Shown here: positions 7,576-16,321 of the stretch, piece by piece | Layout of the letters: each line of letters opens with the position of its first letter | Position numbering within the stretch: the stretch's first letter is position 1 | NCBI GenBank assembly: GCA_030604855.1 | Contig: JAUVVC010000004.1 | Location: 1-32,000, forward strand | DNA: 32,000 nt | Source of the DNA: Erysipelotrichaceae bacterium | GTDB lineage: Bacteria > Bacillota_I > Bacilli_A > Erysipelotrichales > Erysipelotrichaceae | Reading direction: 5' to 3' | Position numbers and translations under genes: made by a program | Notes under the pieces: model-generated | Seen by the model: the letters and a program-made list of their open reading frames with translations, nothing else | What the model was told of the DNA's origin: nothing | Databases searched by the model: none

Positions 7576-8574
7576 ATGAAATACACAAAACTTGGAAGAA
7601 CGGGTTTAAATGTATCCCAACTGACCCTAGGAACCATGACCTTTGGCCAACAAGCCGATAAAGTCACCTCTTTTGAAATCTTAGATAAAGCTTTCGAAGC
7701 AGGCATCACCAGCATCGATACCGCGAACGCCTATCCCATTGGTCGCGAATCTTTCGCACAAGCCGGAAGGACTGAATCCAACATCGGTGAATGGATGCAA
7801 GGCAAACGTGATCAACTCATCATTACAACGAAAGTCTTTTCACCGATGGGACCTGGTCCAAATGACGGTGGACTTAGTCGCAAACACATCTTGGATGCCA
7901 TTGAGGGAAGTTTGAAACGTCTTCAAACCAACTATATCGATATTTACATGGCACACCAATATGATTTCAACACACCACTCGAAGAAACCATGCGTGCCTT
8001 CGATGAAATCGTACGCACAGGAAAAGCTCGATATATCGGAGTATCCAACTGGCGTGCTTGGCAGATTGCCAAAGCAAACGGTATTGCGGATACCTTAGGT
8101 CTTCACCGTATTTCAGTCGTAGAACCTCGATACAACCTACTATTCCGTATGATCGAAGAAGATTTGGTTCCACTATGCAAAGAAGACGGCATCGGAATCT
8201 TACCTTACAATCCACTCGCCGGTGGCTTATTGACAGGTAAACACCAAAAGACTGAAACACCCGACCCCAATGAACGCTTTGGACTCAACAGCGCTGGAGC
8301 ACTCTATCAGAAACGCTACTGGCAAGATGCGAACTTCAATGCGGTCGATAGATACATCAACTGGTGCCAAGAACAGAAGCTTGATCCGATCACCACAGCC
8401 GTCAAATGGACGATGCAGCAGGAGGCCATTACCTCCGTCATCATCGGTGCGAGTAAGACGTATCAACTCGATGCCAGCCTCGCGGCCGTGAATGCGCCTG
8501 ATCTGACAGTTGAGCAACTTGCTTGGTTGGATCAATTATGGTTTAGCTTACCACGTCGTTTTGAATTTAACTAA
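7576..8574 (+). CDS. Aldo/keto reductase (Tas/YajO-like long form, 332 aa)
   Basis: The start is set at ATG 7576 ([24 protein letters not shown]). It shows '[11 protein letters not shown]', '[11 protein letters not shown]', 'ARYIGVSNW' and 'VVEPRYNLL'. Confidence 0.85.
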   Translation: MKYTKLGRTGLNVSQLTLGTMTFGQQADKVTSFEILDKAFEAGITSIDTANAYPIGRESFAQAGRTESNIGEWMQGKRDQLIITTKVFSPMGPGPNDGGLSRKHILDAIEGSLKRLQTNYIDIYMAHQYDFNTPLEETMRAFDEIVRTGKARYIGVSNWRAWQIAKANGIADTLGLHRISVVEPRYNLLFRMIEEDLVPLCKEDGIGILPYNPLAGGLLTGKHQKTETPDPNERFGLNSAGALYQKRYWQDANFNAVDRYINWCQEQKLDPITTAVKWTMQQEAITSVIIGASKTYQLDASLAAVNAPDLTVEQLAWLDQLWFSLPRRFEFN

Positions 8575-8587
8575 AAGGAGAACAAAT

Positions 8588-9439
8588 ATGCAATACCTAA
8601 CACTTAATAATGGAGTAAAAATGCCGATACTCGGCTATGGCGTCTTCCAAATCGCAGACCTAGAGGAATGCGAACGCTGTGTCTTAGATGCCTTGGAAGT
8701 TGGCTATCGTTTACTCGATACCGCTCAATCTTATGGCAATGAATCCGCTGTCGGAAGTGCGATTCGCAAGAGTGGTGTACCACGTGAAGAAATCTTTCTA
8801 ACTACAAAGTTGTGGATTTCTGAAGCAGGCTATGAAAAAGCAAAAGCTTCATTATTAGGCTCACTTGAACGCCTCGGTTTGGACTACATTGATATGGTCT
8901 TGATCCACCAACCTTTTGGCGATGTCTATGGCAGTTATAAAGCCATGACTGAACTCTACAAAGAAGGTAAAATTAGAGCCATTGGCGTCTCCAACTTCTA
9001 TCCGGATCGTCTCGTCGACTTTGCGAAACACAATGAAGTCATTCCAGCCGTCAACCAAATTGAACTTCATCCTTTCCACCAACAAGCTGAAGCATTGAAA
9101 GTCATGGCAAAATTCGGTGTACAACCCCAAGCTTGGGCACCCTTCGCAGAAGGCAAGAATGAACTCTTCATGAATCCTGTGTTAAAAGCCATCGGTGATA
9201 AGTATGGTAAATCCAATGCTCAAGTCGCACTTCGTTTCTTGATTCAATTGGGTGTATCGGTTCTACCAAAGACCGTCACAAAGTCACGTATGATCGAAAA
9301 TAAGAATGTCTTTGACTTCGAACTTACTACCGAAGATATGGATGTCATCAAACAATTGGATAATGGCGTTTCCCTCTTCTTCTCTCATCGTGATCCAGAT
9401 ATGGTCGAAAGACTGGTTGGACTGACACGTAAATTCTAA
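8588..9439 (+). CDS. Aldo/keto reductase, paralogue of 6699..7550 (283 aa)
   Basis: The start is set at ATG 8588, with AAGGAG upstream. The protein is colinear with the 6699 gene, sharing long identical runs such as [25 protein letters not shown] and IFLTTKLWI. Confidence 0.85.
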   Translation: MQYLTLNNGVKMPILGYGVFQIADLEECERCVLDALEVGYRLLDTAQSYGNESAVGSAIRKSGVPREEIFLTTKLWISEAGYEKAKASLLGSLERLGLDYIDMVLIHQPFGDVYGSYKAMTELYKEGKIRAIGVSNFYPDRLVDFAKHNEVIPAVNQIELHPFHQQAEALKVMAKFGVQPQAWAPFAEGKNELFMNPVLKAIGDKYGKSNAQVALRFLIQLGVSVLPKTVTKSRMIENKNVFDFELTTEDMDVIKQLDNGVSLFFSHRDPDMVERLVGLTRKF

Positions 9440-9443
9440 AGTA

Positions 9444-9466
9444 AAAATGCCAGTCTATGGCATTTT
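9444..9466. terminator. Bidirectional terminator between the AKR operon and nrdG
   Basis: AAAATGCCA-GTCTA-TGGCATTTT hairpin, A-rich on the left and T-rich on the right. It overlaps the last nrdG codons. Confidence 0.75.
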
Positions 9467-9919
9467 TGTTAAATAATGGATCTTCTGGTTCGATGAACCT
9501 CTGAATTTTAGATTAGGGTTCTTAAGCTCTGAGATATACGGCCCATCCACTAAGACATCAATATGATTCAAACACTTCACCATGTTTGAATCCTTTTTGA
9601 TTTGGTCCAAGGTATAACCTGTATAAACCCATATATCATATCCTTCCTGCTTTAAAGCTGAAACCAATGCATACAGAGCCTCTGCTTGTAAAAAAGGGTC
9701 ACCACCAGAAAATGTAACTTTCTTCCAATGCAAAGATCGTATCCAATTCAGTACAGCAGAAATCTCAAATTGTTCACCCCCATGAAGATCATGAGTGCTG
9801 GGATTATGACAGCCTTTGCAGCGATGAACACAGCCTTGAAACCAAATGACTGTCCTCAAGCCTGCCCCATCCACCGAACTGAATGCAGTCCGATCAGCGA
9901 GTCGTACCGTGTTTGACAC
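9455..9919 (-). CDS. nrdG: Anaerobic ribonucleoside-triphosphate reductase activating protein (radical SAM)
   Basis: 'SSVDGAGLRTVIWFQGCVHRCKGCHNP' contains the CX3CX2C cluster motif, and 'TFSGGDP' is also present. The start is set at GTG 9919 (VSNTVRL..), preceded by AGAGGTGGAGG, and overlaps the nrdD 3' end by 26 nt. The start choice is uncertain. Confidence 0.8.
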   Translation of the reverse strand: MSNTVRLADRTAFSSVDGAGLRTVIWFQGCVHRCKGCHNPSTHDLHGGEQFEISAVLNWIRSLHWKKVTFSGGDPFLQAEALYALVSALKQEGYDIWVYTGYTLDQIKKDSNMVKCLNHIDVLVDGPYISELKNPNLKFRGSSNQKIHYLTKMP

Positions 9920-12116
9920 GTGCCTCCACCTCTGCACGTTTCGCAGGATTGAATCGTTCCAGGCTACCGACCAAGTATCCTGTGATGCGTCGAATGCGTT
10001 GGAACCCCACCGCATCTTCTTCTCTACCACATTGAGGACAACGATCGCCATCAATCACACCTCGATAACCGCATACAGGATCATGGTCCAAAGGATGATT
10101 GATTGAACCATAACCTATATTCGTACTGCGCATGAGCCGAACAATATCCTCCATCGCATCCACATTCTGAGCAGGATCGCCATCAATTTCCACATAACTA
10201 ATGTGTCCAGCCGGAGTAATCGCATGGTATGGGCCTTCAATATTCAGCTTATCCACTATTGAGCACTTATAATGAACCGGCACATGAAAACTGTTGGTAT
10301 AGTATTCCAAATCTGTCACACCTGGAAGAACACCATAACGCTTACGATCCAATTGGGTAAAACGTCCTGCCAAACCTTCAGCTGGTGTCGCCAACAAAGT
10401 GATGTTTAAATTCAATTCAATTGATTTAACTTCACAGAAGTCATACATCTTTTGGACGATCCGTAACCCTTGGCGCTGTGCATCCTTACACGCTCCATGG
10501 TGCTGTCCCATCATGGCCACCAAACACTCTGCCAAACCGATGAACCCAATACTCAAGGTTCCTTCATTCAATACGGATTCGATATAATCTTCTCTTTTCA
10601 AACCATCCGATGATCGCCATATCCCTTGACCCATCAAAAACGGAAAGTTTTTGACTTGTTTCCTCGCTTGATAAGCTTTACGTGTGAGAAGTTGATTCAA
10701 AACTTGATTCAAACGGAGATCTAGCATTTCATCAAACGCAGTCCAATCCCCTTTATGTTCAATGCCCAAACGTACGAGGTTGATGGTCGTAAAGGACAGA
10801 TTTCCCCGACCATTGACCTGTGCTTCACCACAACGATTTCCTAAGACACGTGTTCGACACCCCATGTACGTGACTTCCGTCTCAACTTTACCCGCCTGAT
10901 AGTACACTTGATTAAATGACGCATCCAAGAAACTGAAATTTGGAAACAAACGCTTCGCACTAACACGCAAAGCTAAGCGGAATAAATCATAATTCACATC
11001 CCCTGGATTGAAATTAATGCCTTCCTTTACCTTGAAGATCAAGATTGGAAAGATTGGGGTCTCCCCATTTCCCAAGCCTGCTTCCTGAGCCTTAAGCAAT
11101 TGTTCACTCACCATGCGTCCAGCAACACTTACATCTGTTCCAAAATTCAAACTCGAAAATGGAACTTGGGCTCCAGCTCTTGAATGCATGGTATTAAGAT
11201 TATGAATCAAGGCTTCCATGGCTTGGTACGTTCTTCGCTCTGTTTTCAGCAAAGCCTTATTGATTAAACGACTTAGTTTTGGATCCAACATCGAATCTTT
11301 ATCTTCAAGCTCAATCTGATTAAGTATGTCTCTTTCTGCATCAGACAGATGCTCAAGAAGTTCACCCATCTCACGAATAATCGTTCGAAATGTTTTTCGT
11401 ACACCCAAAGCCATCGCCACATCAAATGCTGGAATGCTTTGACCACCATGTTGGTCATTCTGATTACTTTGAATCGCAATCGCTGCCAATGCTGCATAAC
11501 TTTGAATATCCTGTGGTTCACGCAATGAACCTTGTCCTGTGGAAAAACCATTCTCGAACAACTTTACAAGATCAATCTGACAACAAGTCAACGTTCCCAT
11601 CGCATAGAAATCTAAATCATGGATATGGATTGCCCCACTATCATGAAGCTCCGCATGTTCCGGTCTCAACAAGAAATGCGCCGCAAAGCGCTTAGAAGCT
11701 TGACTACCATACTGAAGCATCATTCCCATTGCGGTATTCCCATCAATATTCGCATTCTCACGCTTAACTGAACCTTCATCTTGAAACGTTAATTGTTCCA
11801 AAGCCTTCATCAATGAACCACGTATCTCTCGTTGCTTAGAACGTTCGTTACGATACATGGCATACACCTTTGCACAATCATCTTGATGCTTTTCACGCAG
11901 TGTCTTCTCAACCGTATCTTGAATGATCTCAATTTCCAGTTCAGGCTTATCCTTCGATAAATGCTCCTCAACCCATGAAGCCATCCGCGATACATCAAAA
12001 TCAGCTTTTAAACCTCTCTGTTGAGTTTGCGCCTGAGCTTTAAAAAGTGCATCCTCAATGCGCTGAATATCGTAATCCACACGTCTTCCATCCCTTTTCA
12101 CAACTTGTAAAATCAT
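9894..12116 (-). CDS. nrdD: Anaerobic ribonucleoside-triphosphate reductase (class III)
   Basis: N-terminal ATP-cone (VVKRDGRRVDYDIQRIEDAL). The C-terminal CPQCG zinc site and the glycyl-radical motif 'RIRRITGYLVG' are present. The start is set at ATG 12116; the track start at 12134 is GTG. Confidence 0.9.
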   Translation of the reverse strand: MILQVVKRDGRRVDYDIQRIEDALFKAQAQTQQRGLKADFDVSRMASWVEEHLSKDKPELEIEIIQDTVEKTLREKHQDDCAKVYAMYRNERSKQREIRGSLMKALEQLTFQDEGSVKRENANIDGNTAMGMMLQYGSQASKRFAAHFLLRPEHAELHDSGAIHIHDLDFYAMGTLTCCQIDLVKLFENGFSTGQGSLREPQDIQSYAALAAIAIQSNQNDQHGGQSIPAFDVAMALGVRKTFRTIIREMGELLEHLSDAERDILNQIELEDKDSMLDPKLSRLINKALLKTERRTYQAMEALIHNLNTMHSRAGAQVPFSSLNFGTDVSVAGRMVSEQLLKAQEAGLGNGETPIFPILIFKVKEGINFNPGDVNYDLFRLALRVSAKRLFPNFSFLDASFNQVYYQAGKVETEVTYMGCRTRVLGNRCGEAQVNGRGNLSFTTINLVRLGIEHKGDWTAFDEMLDLRLNQVLNQLLTRKAYQARKQVKNFPFLMGQGIWRSSDGLKREDYIESVLNEGTLSIGFIGLAECLVAMMGQHHGACKDAQRQGLRIVQKMYDFCEVKSIELNLNITLLATPAEGLAGRFTQLDRKRYGVLPGVTDLEYYTNSFHVPVHYKCSIVDKLNIEGPYHAITPAGHISYVEIDGDPAQNVDAMEDIVRLMRSTNIGYGSINHPLDHDPVCGYRGVIDGDRCPQCGREEDAVGFQRIRRITGYLVGSLERFNPAKRAEVEARVKHGTTR

Positions 12117-12197
12117 TACGCCTTGTCCTTTCACCCAAAGAACACTAAAATGTGCAAACTAAAAAGTTGCTCCCCATCCTTCGTAGGTCGCCAACAC

Positions 12198-12378
12198 ATT
12201 TTCATCTCAGGCAGGTCTTCCGACTTGAATTCATCATCGCGTTTCACCTTCCCACATTGTTCTCAAACAGATGTAGTGGTATTCGAAACCGACTCCCTCA
12301 TACGGCGGCGAGGACCGTGCAGGCCTTCAACCTGCTTCCCTTTTCACACAACGGTGACCTGAAATTTCTTTGATGACT
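12198..12378 (-). promoter_or_regulatory. Cobalamin (B12) riboswitch in the nrdDG leader
   Basis: The minus-strand RNA reads ..GAAAAGGGAAGCAGGTTGAAGGCCTGCACGGTCCTCGCCGCCGTATGAGGGAG..ACCACTACAT..ATGTGGGAAGGTGAAAC..AAGTCGGAAGACCTGCC (B12 box at 12210-12226). It matches the conserved core blocks of the cobalamin riboswitch family in the correct order. The boundaries are approximate. Confidence 0.8.
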
Positions 12379-12380
12379 CT

Positions 12381-12409
12381 ATTGTATCGTGTTAATCCTA
12401 ATGACACAA
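12381..12409 (-). promoter_or_regulatory. Putative sigma-A promoter of nrdDG
   Basis: The minus strand reads TTGTGT (12404-12409), N17, TACAAT (12381-12386). The predicted start site falls at the 5' edge of the riboswitch. Confidence 0.55.
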
Positions 12410-12456
12410 CACACGATTTAACACAATTTTGTGTAAAATATTTCATTTATCTATCC

Positions 12457-12485
12457 TTGCATTCTATGCGTTTTATCTCTATGAT
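12457..12485 (+). promoter_or_regulatory. Putative sigma-A promoter of the 12498 gene
   Basis: TTGCAT-N17-TATGAT. Only 12 nt separate the -10 element from ATG 12498, and no RBS lies between them. Confidence 0.55.
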
Positions 12486-12497
12486 GAATCTCGTACC

Positions 12498-12917
12498 ATG
12501 AAAAATTTCTTACGTAACCTACAGTATTCAATTTACCGTTTCATGCAAGGTCGAAACGGTTATGATCAACTGAACTATGCATTGCTTGTTCTTTATGTTC
12601 TGATGACCTTGAGCTTTTCTTACTTCTTTAAACCCAACATCCTCTTCAGTCTATTGGAATATGCCTTGATCTTCTTGATCTTCTATCGAGCCTTCTCACG
12701 CAAGATTTACAAACGTCAAAAAGAAAACATGGCCTTCATGAATCTAACACGACCTGTTCGTTCTTGGTTCAAAGTCATAAAACTCAACATCAAAGAAAAA
12801 CAATACAAACACATGCAATGCCCACGTTGCCATCGTACTCTCCGTGTTCCTCGAGGACGCGGTAAGATCGAGGTCACCTGCCCTCATTGCAAAATAGAAT
12901 TTACGCGTAAATCCTAG
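12498..12917 (+). CDS. Membrane protein with a C-terminal zinc ribbon (139 aa)
   Basis: The start is set at ATG 12498 (MKNFLRNLQYSIYRF). The track start at 12429 is TTG and lies upstream of the predicted promoter. It has two hydrophobic helices and a C-terminal CPRC..CPHC ribbon. Confidence 0.65.
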   Translation: MKNFLRNLQYSIYRFMQGRNGYDQLNYALLVLYVLMTLSFSYFFKPNILFSLLEYALIFLIFYRAFSRKIYKRQKENMAFMNLTRPVRSWFKVIKLNIKEKQYKHMQCPRCHRTLRVPRGRGKIEVTCPHCKIEFTRKS

Positions 12918-12928
12918 AAAGGAACTTA

Positions 12929-13189
12929 ATGACAAGACTTATCAGTACTATAGTATTTATCCTTGTTCTTAATCTACTCTTCAATGCCTTGATTGGAATT
13001 AACCCAATCCTTCGTTATGTTATATACGCAGCAGCAATCATATATTTCTTCAGAAGTTTTCGCTTTGTAGCTCCGAAGATTAGACCTGGTAGTTTCACCT
13101 ACCAAGAGCCCGTCAACCCTACACCACGCAACAATGGCGATGTGATCGATGTGGAATTCACAGAACATGAAGAAAAGTCAGGAAACTGA
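12929..13189 (+). CDS. Small membrane protein (86 aa), unknown function
   Basis: A GAAAGGAA RBS is present. There are two hydrophobic helices and an acidic tail (DVIDVEFTEHEE). Confidence 0.6.
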   Translation: MTRLISTIVFILVLNLLFNALIGINPILRYVIYAAAIIYFFRSFRFVAPKIRPGSFTYQEPVNPTPRNNGDVIDVEFTEHEEKSGN

Positions 13190-13196
13190 CTTTTTT
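13174..13196 (+). terminator. Intrinsic terminator
   Basis: AAAGTCAG-GAAA-CTGACTTT hairpin followed by T6. It overlaps the stop codon. Confidence 0.8.
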
Positions 13197-13265
13197 AGTG
13201 TCCATTAAACCGGACAGTATCATTGCATGTGAATAATATGCATGTTTTAATGCCATTGGGTGGGG

Positions 13266-13297
13266 AACAAGTACACAATCGTGTACTTGTTTTCTTT
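13266..13297 (+). terminator. Second terminator-like hairpin (possible sRNA 3' end or attenuator)
   Basis: Perfect 11-bp stem AACAAGTACAC-AATC-GTGTACTTGTT followed by TTCTTTG. It lies only 70 nt after the previous terminator. Confidence 0.5.
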
Positions 13298-13364
13298 GTA
13301 ATAACAACTTCTTGTTCACAAATTCACAAAATGTTGTATGATAATAACAATCAGGGGGCTACGT

Positions 13365-13451
13365 ATGGGCGAGTTTCTATTTTGGATTGTTTTTATTCCA
13401 GCTTTGTTTTTCTTTATCATGTATCAAGTCAGTAAAGACAAGGGCATTTAA
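13365..13451 (+). CDS. Candidate 28-aa hydrophobic micro-protein (not in the ORF track)
   Basis: The product reads MGEFLFWIVFIPALFFFIMYQVSKDKGI. An AGGGGG RBS lies 6 nt upstream of the ATG. The stop runs directly into a terminator. Confidence 0.4.
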   Translation: MGEFLFWIVFIPALFFFIMYQVSKDKGI

Positions 13452-13475
13452 AAAGACACGTGTGTGTCTTTTTTT
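13451..13475. terminator. Bidirectional terminator (micro-ORF / ROK kinase)
   Basis: AAAAGACAC-GTGT-GTGTCTTTT hairpin with flanking A and T runs. Confidence 0.75.
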
Positions 13476-14371
13476 CATTCATAGAGATAATGGTAGAGAG
13501 CCCCAATCAGATTCGAATCATTTCCAAAGGTACACCGCACCACTTCAGGTTGTTTGATCGGAGAGCCTGGATGCAGATTACTAAAGAGTCTATTCAGCTT
13601 TTCATTGAATTGCTCAATCAGGACGTCCTGGGCACTGATTCCACCCCCGATCGCAACACGTTGGTTATCCAAGACCGTTTGAATCGAATAGATCGCATTC
13701 GCAAAATTCGTTGTGAACTCATCCATGACAGCGTGTGCATCCACATCCCCTGCATGATATGCCTCAAAGAAACGTCTGCCATTCACTTCCTTTGCGTCCA
13801 ATCCTTTACGCATCGCAAATGGACTTGTCAAAGCACCTGTCCCATTGATTTGAGCCCAAGCTTGAAGCGGATCATTCACAGGTCTGATCGTTGTAGGTAG
13901 ATTGGACAGCTCACCTGCCGCAAAGTTATAACCTCTTAAAAGCTTTCCATGGGTTACGACACCTCCGCCAATGCCCGTTCCCAAAGTCAGAACCAAACCC
14001 GATTCGATGCCTTTGAGTGATCCCATCCAAAGTTCAGCCAAGGCTGCACACTTCGCATCGTTTTCCAAAACGACGGGTAAATCCACGCGTTTCGAAATCA
14101 AGCCTGTCATGGCAACGTTGTAATTATAGCGAATCGCTCCACCGGTAAACATGAAGCCATTCTTACTATCAACACGTCCAGGAACACTCATGACCACCGC
14201 CTCCACATCTGGTTTGAAACGATCCACGATCTGTCCAATCGCATCTACGAAATCCTCAAGACTCGTGTGTGGCGTATCGATTGATCCTTTTTCAAGGAAT
14301 TGAGCCTTCTCATCCAATAACGCAAACTTAATCTCTGTTCCTCCGACATCAATTCCAACGTATTTCTTCAT
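13475..14371 (-). CDS. ROK-family sugar kinase (glucokinase-like)
   Basis: 'MKKYVGIDVGGTEIKFALL' is an ATP-binding N-terminus. 'LENDAKCAALAE' and 'LTLGTGIGGGVV' are ROK signatures. Confidence 0.85.
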   Translation of the reverse strand: MKKYVGIDVGGTEIKFALLDEKAQFLEKGSIDTPHTSLEDFVDAIGQIVDRFKPDVEAVVMSVPGRVDSKNGFMFTGGAIRYNYNVAMTGLISKRVDLPVVLENDAKCAALAELWMGSLKGIESGLVLTLGTGIGGGVVTHGKLLRGYNFAAGELSNLPTTIRPVNDPLQAWAQINGTGALTSPFAMRKGLDAKEVNGRRFFEAYHAGDVDAHAVMDEFTTNFANAIYSIQTVLDNQRVAIGGGISAQDVLIEQFNEKLNRLFSNLHPGSPIKQPEVVRCTFGNDSNLIGALYHYLYE

Positions 14372-15644
14372 AAGTTCCCTTTCCGATAAACAGTATATGA
14401 TATAAAGGCAAATGAATGCCCACTTTATCTACCAACAGCGGACGCGTCGTCAAATTATAACAAGCATCCAGTAAACCTTGTTCCACCAAACGCGACATCT
14501 TACGTAAGGTCTTCACATCTTCATAGCTCAAACCAAAACGCTGATTCCCCACCATGGCAACCAAGAAATCATGTTGGCCATGTTCGGCAAAATAGAGCTT
14601 GATGTTTCGTTTAGCCAAAATATCCGCAACACCATTGATCAAAAAGGGGTTGTGTTGGAGCAGACTCAAATCACAGAACTGCTCAACGGTCCCTTCTTTC
14701 AAAAGCCCACTTAGACAACCGATATCACGAATCATGAAAATGAAATTGTCACTCCGCGTATTCTCCACTAGGGGGAAGTTCGTACTTTTAAGTTTATACA
14801 AAACAAAAGCCCAACCCATGCGATAGATATAGCGAATGCTCTTGAACGAGTTTCGATGCGTTGCCTTCTCATCCATTTCCTTATACATGAAACGCATGTT
14901 GCCTTTGGTGATTTGTTCTGGAATCGACGCATACAACTTTATGAAACGATCACGTTCCTTAGGCTGCACATGCATCAACATCTTACTCTTATACCCTTCT
15001 TCAATTGCTTTTTGAACATTCCTGACTTCATTGATGTCGTGTGAACTCAAATAGGTACTGACTGCTTTCGGCATCCCACCCACCTTGAGATAGGTTTTAA
15101 AGAACTTAAGCAAATACTCATGCAGTTCTAAATCCAAAGAATCCTTTTGGACAAAGCTTTGATGCACCTGATCCAAGAGTGTGGACGTAACATTATTTGC
15201 CCACAAGAACTCCTCAAAATCCAAGCCATGCATACGGACAATACTCACTTCATCACAGGCTTCAAAGAAAGCCAAACGCGATACGGTCCCAATGCAATCG
15301 TAACGTCGATCGATCGAGAACTTCTTCATCGCTTCATATGCCTCTGGACAGTATTCCAATTCATCCATCAGAATCAAGGTCTCATGGGGGACACAAACCG
15401 CCCCCTTGATCAGCATGACCAACTGAAGAATCATCCCATCCACATCCAGTTGCGCATCGAATATCCTGCGCATGTAAGGAAATTGATTGAAGTTAAGCAT
15501 GACGACCTGTTTATACTTTTGAAATGCAAAGCTTTTTAAAACAAAGCTCTTCCCAATATCGGGTGGACCTTCAATGATAAATGACTTGCGATCGGGATTT
15601 GCATACCAATCTTCAAATGTTTGAATTATTTTACGACGTAACAT
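14349..15644 (-). CDS. AAA-family ATPase (COG1373-type, AAA_14 + DUF4143-like)
   Basis: The start is set at ATG 15644 (MLRRKIIQTFEDW). Walker A reads 'GPPDIGKS' and Walker B reads 'LILMDELEY'. The long C-terminal domain resembles DUF4143 proteins. The 3' end overlaps the ROK start by 23 nt. Confidence 0.65.
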   Translation of the reverse strand: MLRRKIIQTFEDWYANPDRKSFIIEGPPDIGKSFVLKSFAFQKYKQVVMLNFNQFPYMRRIFDAQLDVDGMILQLVMLIKGAVCVPHETLILMDELEYCPEAYEAMKKFSIDRRYDCIGTVSRLAFFEACDEVSIVRMHGLDFEEFLWANNVTSTLLDQVHQSFVQKDSLDLELHEYLLKFFKTYLKVGGMPKAVSTYLSSHDINEVRNVQKAIEEGYKSKMLMHVQPKERDRFIKLYASIPEQITKGNMRFMYKEMDEKATHRNSFKSIRYIYRMGWAFVLYKLKSTNFPLVENTRSDNFIFMIRDIGCLSGLLKEGTVEQFCDLSLLQHNPFLINGVADILAKRNIKLYFAEHGQHDFLVAMVGNQRFGLSYEDVKTLRKMSRLVEQGLLDACYNLTTRPLLVDKVGIHLPLYHILFIGKGTYEEIRWN

Positions 15645-15683
15645 ACCTACCCTATTTTCGCATAGATGAAGCGCGATAAACAA

Positions 15684-15716
15684 GAAAAAAAGTCTCTTAA
15701 GTCTAAAGCCTCAAGA
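15684..15716 (-). terminator. Probable terminator after the cyclophilin gene
   Basis: Minus-strand UCUUGAG-N8-CUUAAGA hairpin (one G-U pair), followed after 3 nt by T7. Confidence 0.45.
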
Positions 15717-15728
15717 AACTTTCATCAA

Positions 15729-16244
15729 CTATCCTTTTTGTACGGTAAACTCAGCCCCAAAGGTATCGACTTCTGCAGAAACGATGACCTGAGGCGTCAG
15801 TGGTTTGTCCATCGAATTACGCTTCTCATTAACGATCTTATCGATGTACTCCATCCCCGACACAACCTTGCCAAAAGCTGCATACTGTCCATCCAGATGC
15901 GGCGCATCCGCTACCATGATGAAGAACTGTGAACCTGCACTGTTGGGGTGACCCGAACGTGCCATTGAAATGGTGCCACGCGTATGTTTCAAGTCATTCT
16001 TGAACCCATTGGATGAAAACTCACCCTTGATGTTATAACCTGGGCCACCGGTGCCTGTCCCTGTCGGACAGCCCCCTTGGACCATGAAGCCAGGAATGAC
16101 ACGGTGGAAAATCAAACCATTATAGTAGCCTTCCTGAACTAAATTGATAAAATTACTGACCGTATTCATTGCGATTTCAGGATACAGTTCAATGTTTACA
16201 GTATGATTACTCTCTAAAGTTAGTGTTACCAGCGGATTGCGCAT
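15729..16244 (-). CDS. ppiB: Peptidyl-prolyl cis-trans isomerase, cyclophilin type
   Basis: 'FHRVIPGFMVQGG', 'GGPGY', 'GTISMAR', 'NSAGSQFFI' and 'LDGQYAAFG' are cyclophilin motifs. Confidence 0.9.
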   Translation of the reverse strand: MRNPLVTLTLESNHTVNIELYPEIAMNTVSNFINLVQEGYYNGLIFHRVIPGFMVQGGCPTGTGTGGPGYNIKGEFSSNGFKNDLKHTRGTISMARSGHPNSAGSQFFIMVADAPHLDGQYAAFGKVVSGMEYIDKIVNEKRNSMDKPLTPQVIVSAEVDTFGAEFTVQKG

Positions 16245-16321
16245 AAGTATCTCCTTTGCCTAATGCTTTTATATCATACTCAAATCTTTGTTTAAAATCA
16301 ATCTTATGGTATTGTAAAGTC

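Noticed and set aside
12123-12373. Two + strand ORFs (79 and 73 aa) between nrdD and the 12498 gene.
   Set aside because: They overlie the minus-strand cobalamin riboswitch and lack an RBS. The region is better explained as a structured leader.
12421-12434. Calling the ACACAA..TTGTGT dyad a bona fide NrdR box.
   Set aside because: The centre is 2 bp shorter than the 16-bp consensus, and no second box sits at the usual ~31-bp phasing. It is kept only as an unexplained palindrome in the findings.
13223-13435. A 70-aa + strand ORF.
   Set aside because: It has no RBS and runs straight through the 13266-13297 hairpin. The out-of-frame 28-codon ORF with a strong RBS is the more plausible coding unit, if anything here codes at all.
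14349-14371. The 23-nt overlap between the AAA ATPase and the ROK kinase as a sign of a functional pair.
   Set aside because: Short overlaps are common in this window. COG1373-type ATPases are scattered genes, and I have no evidence of a link to ROK kinases.
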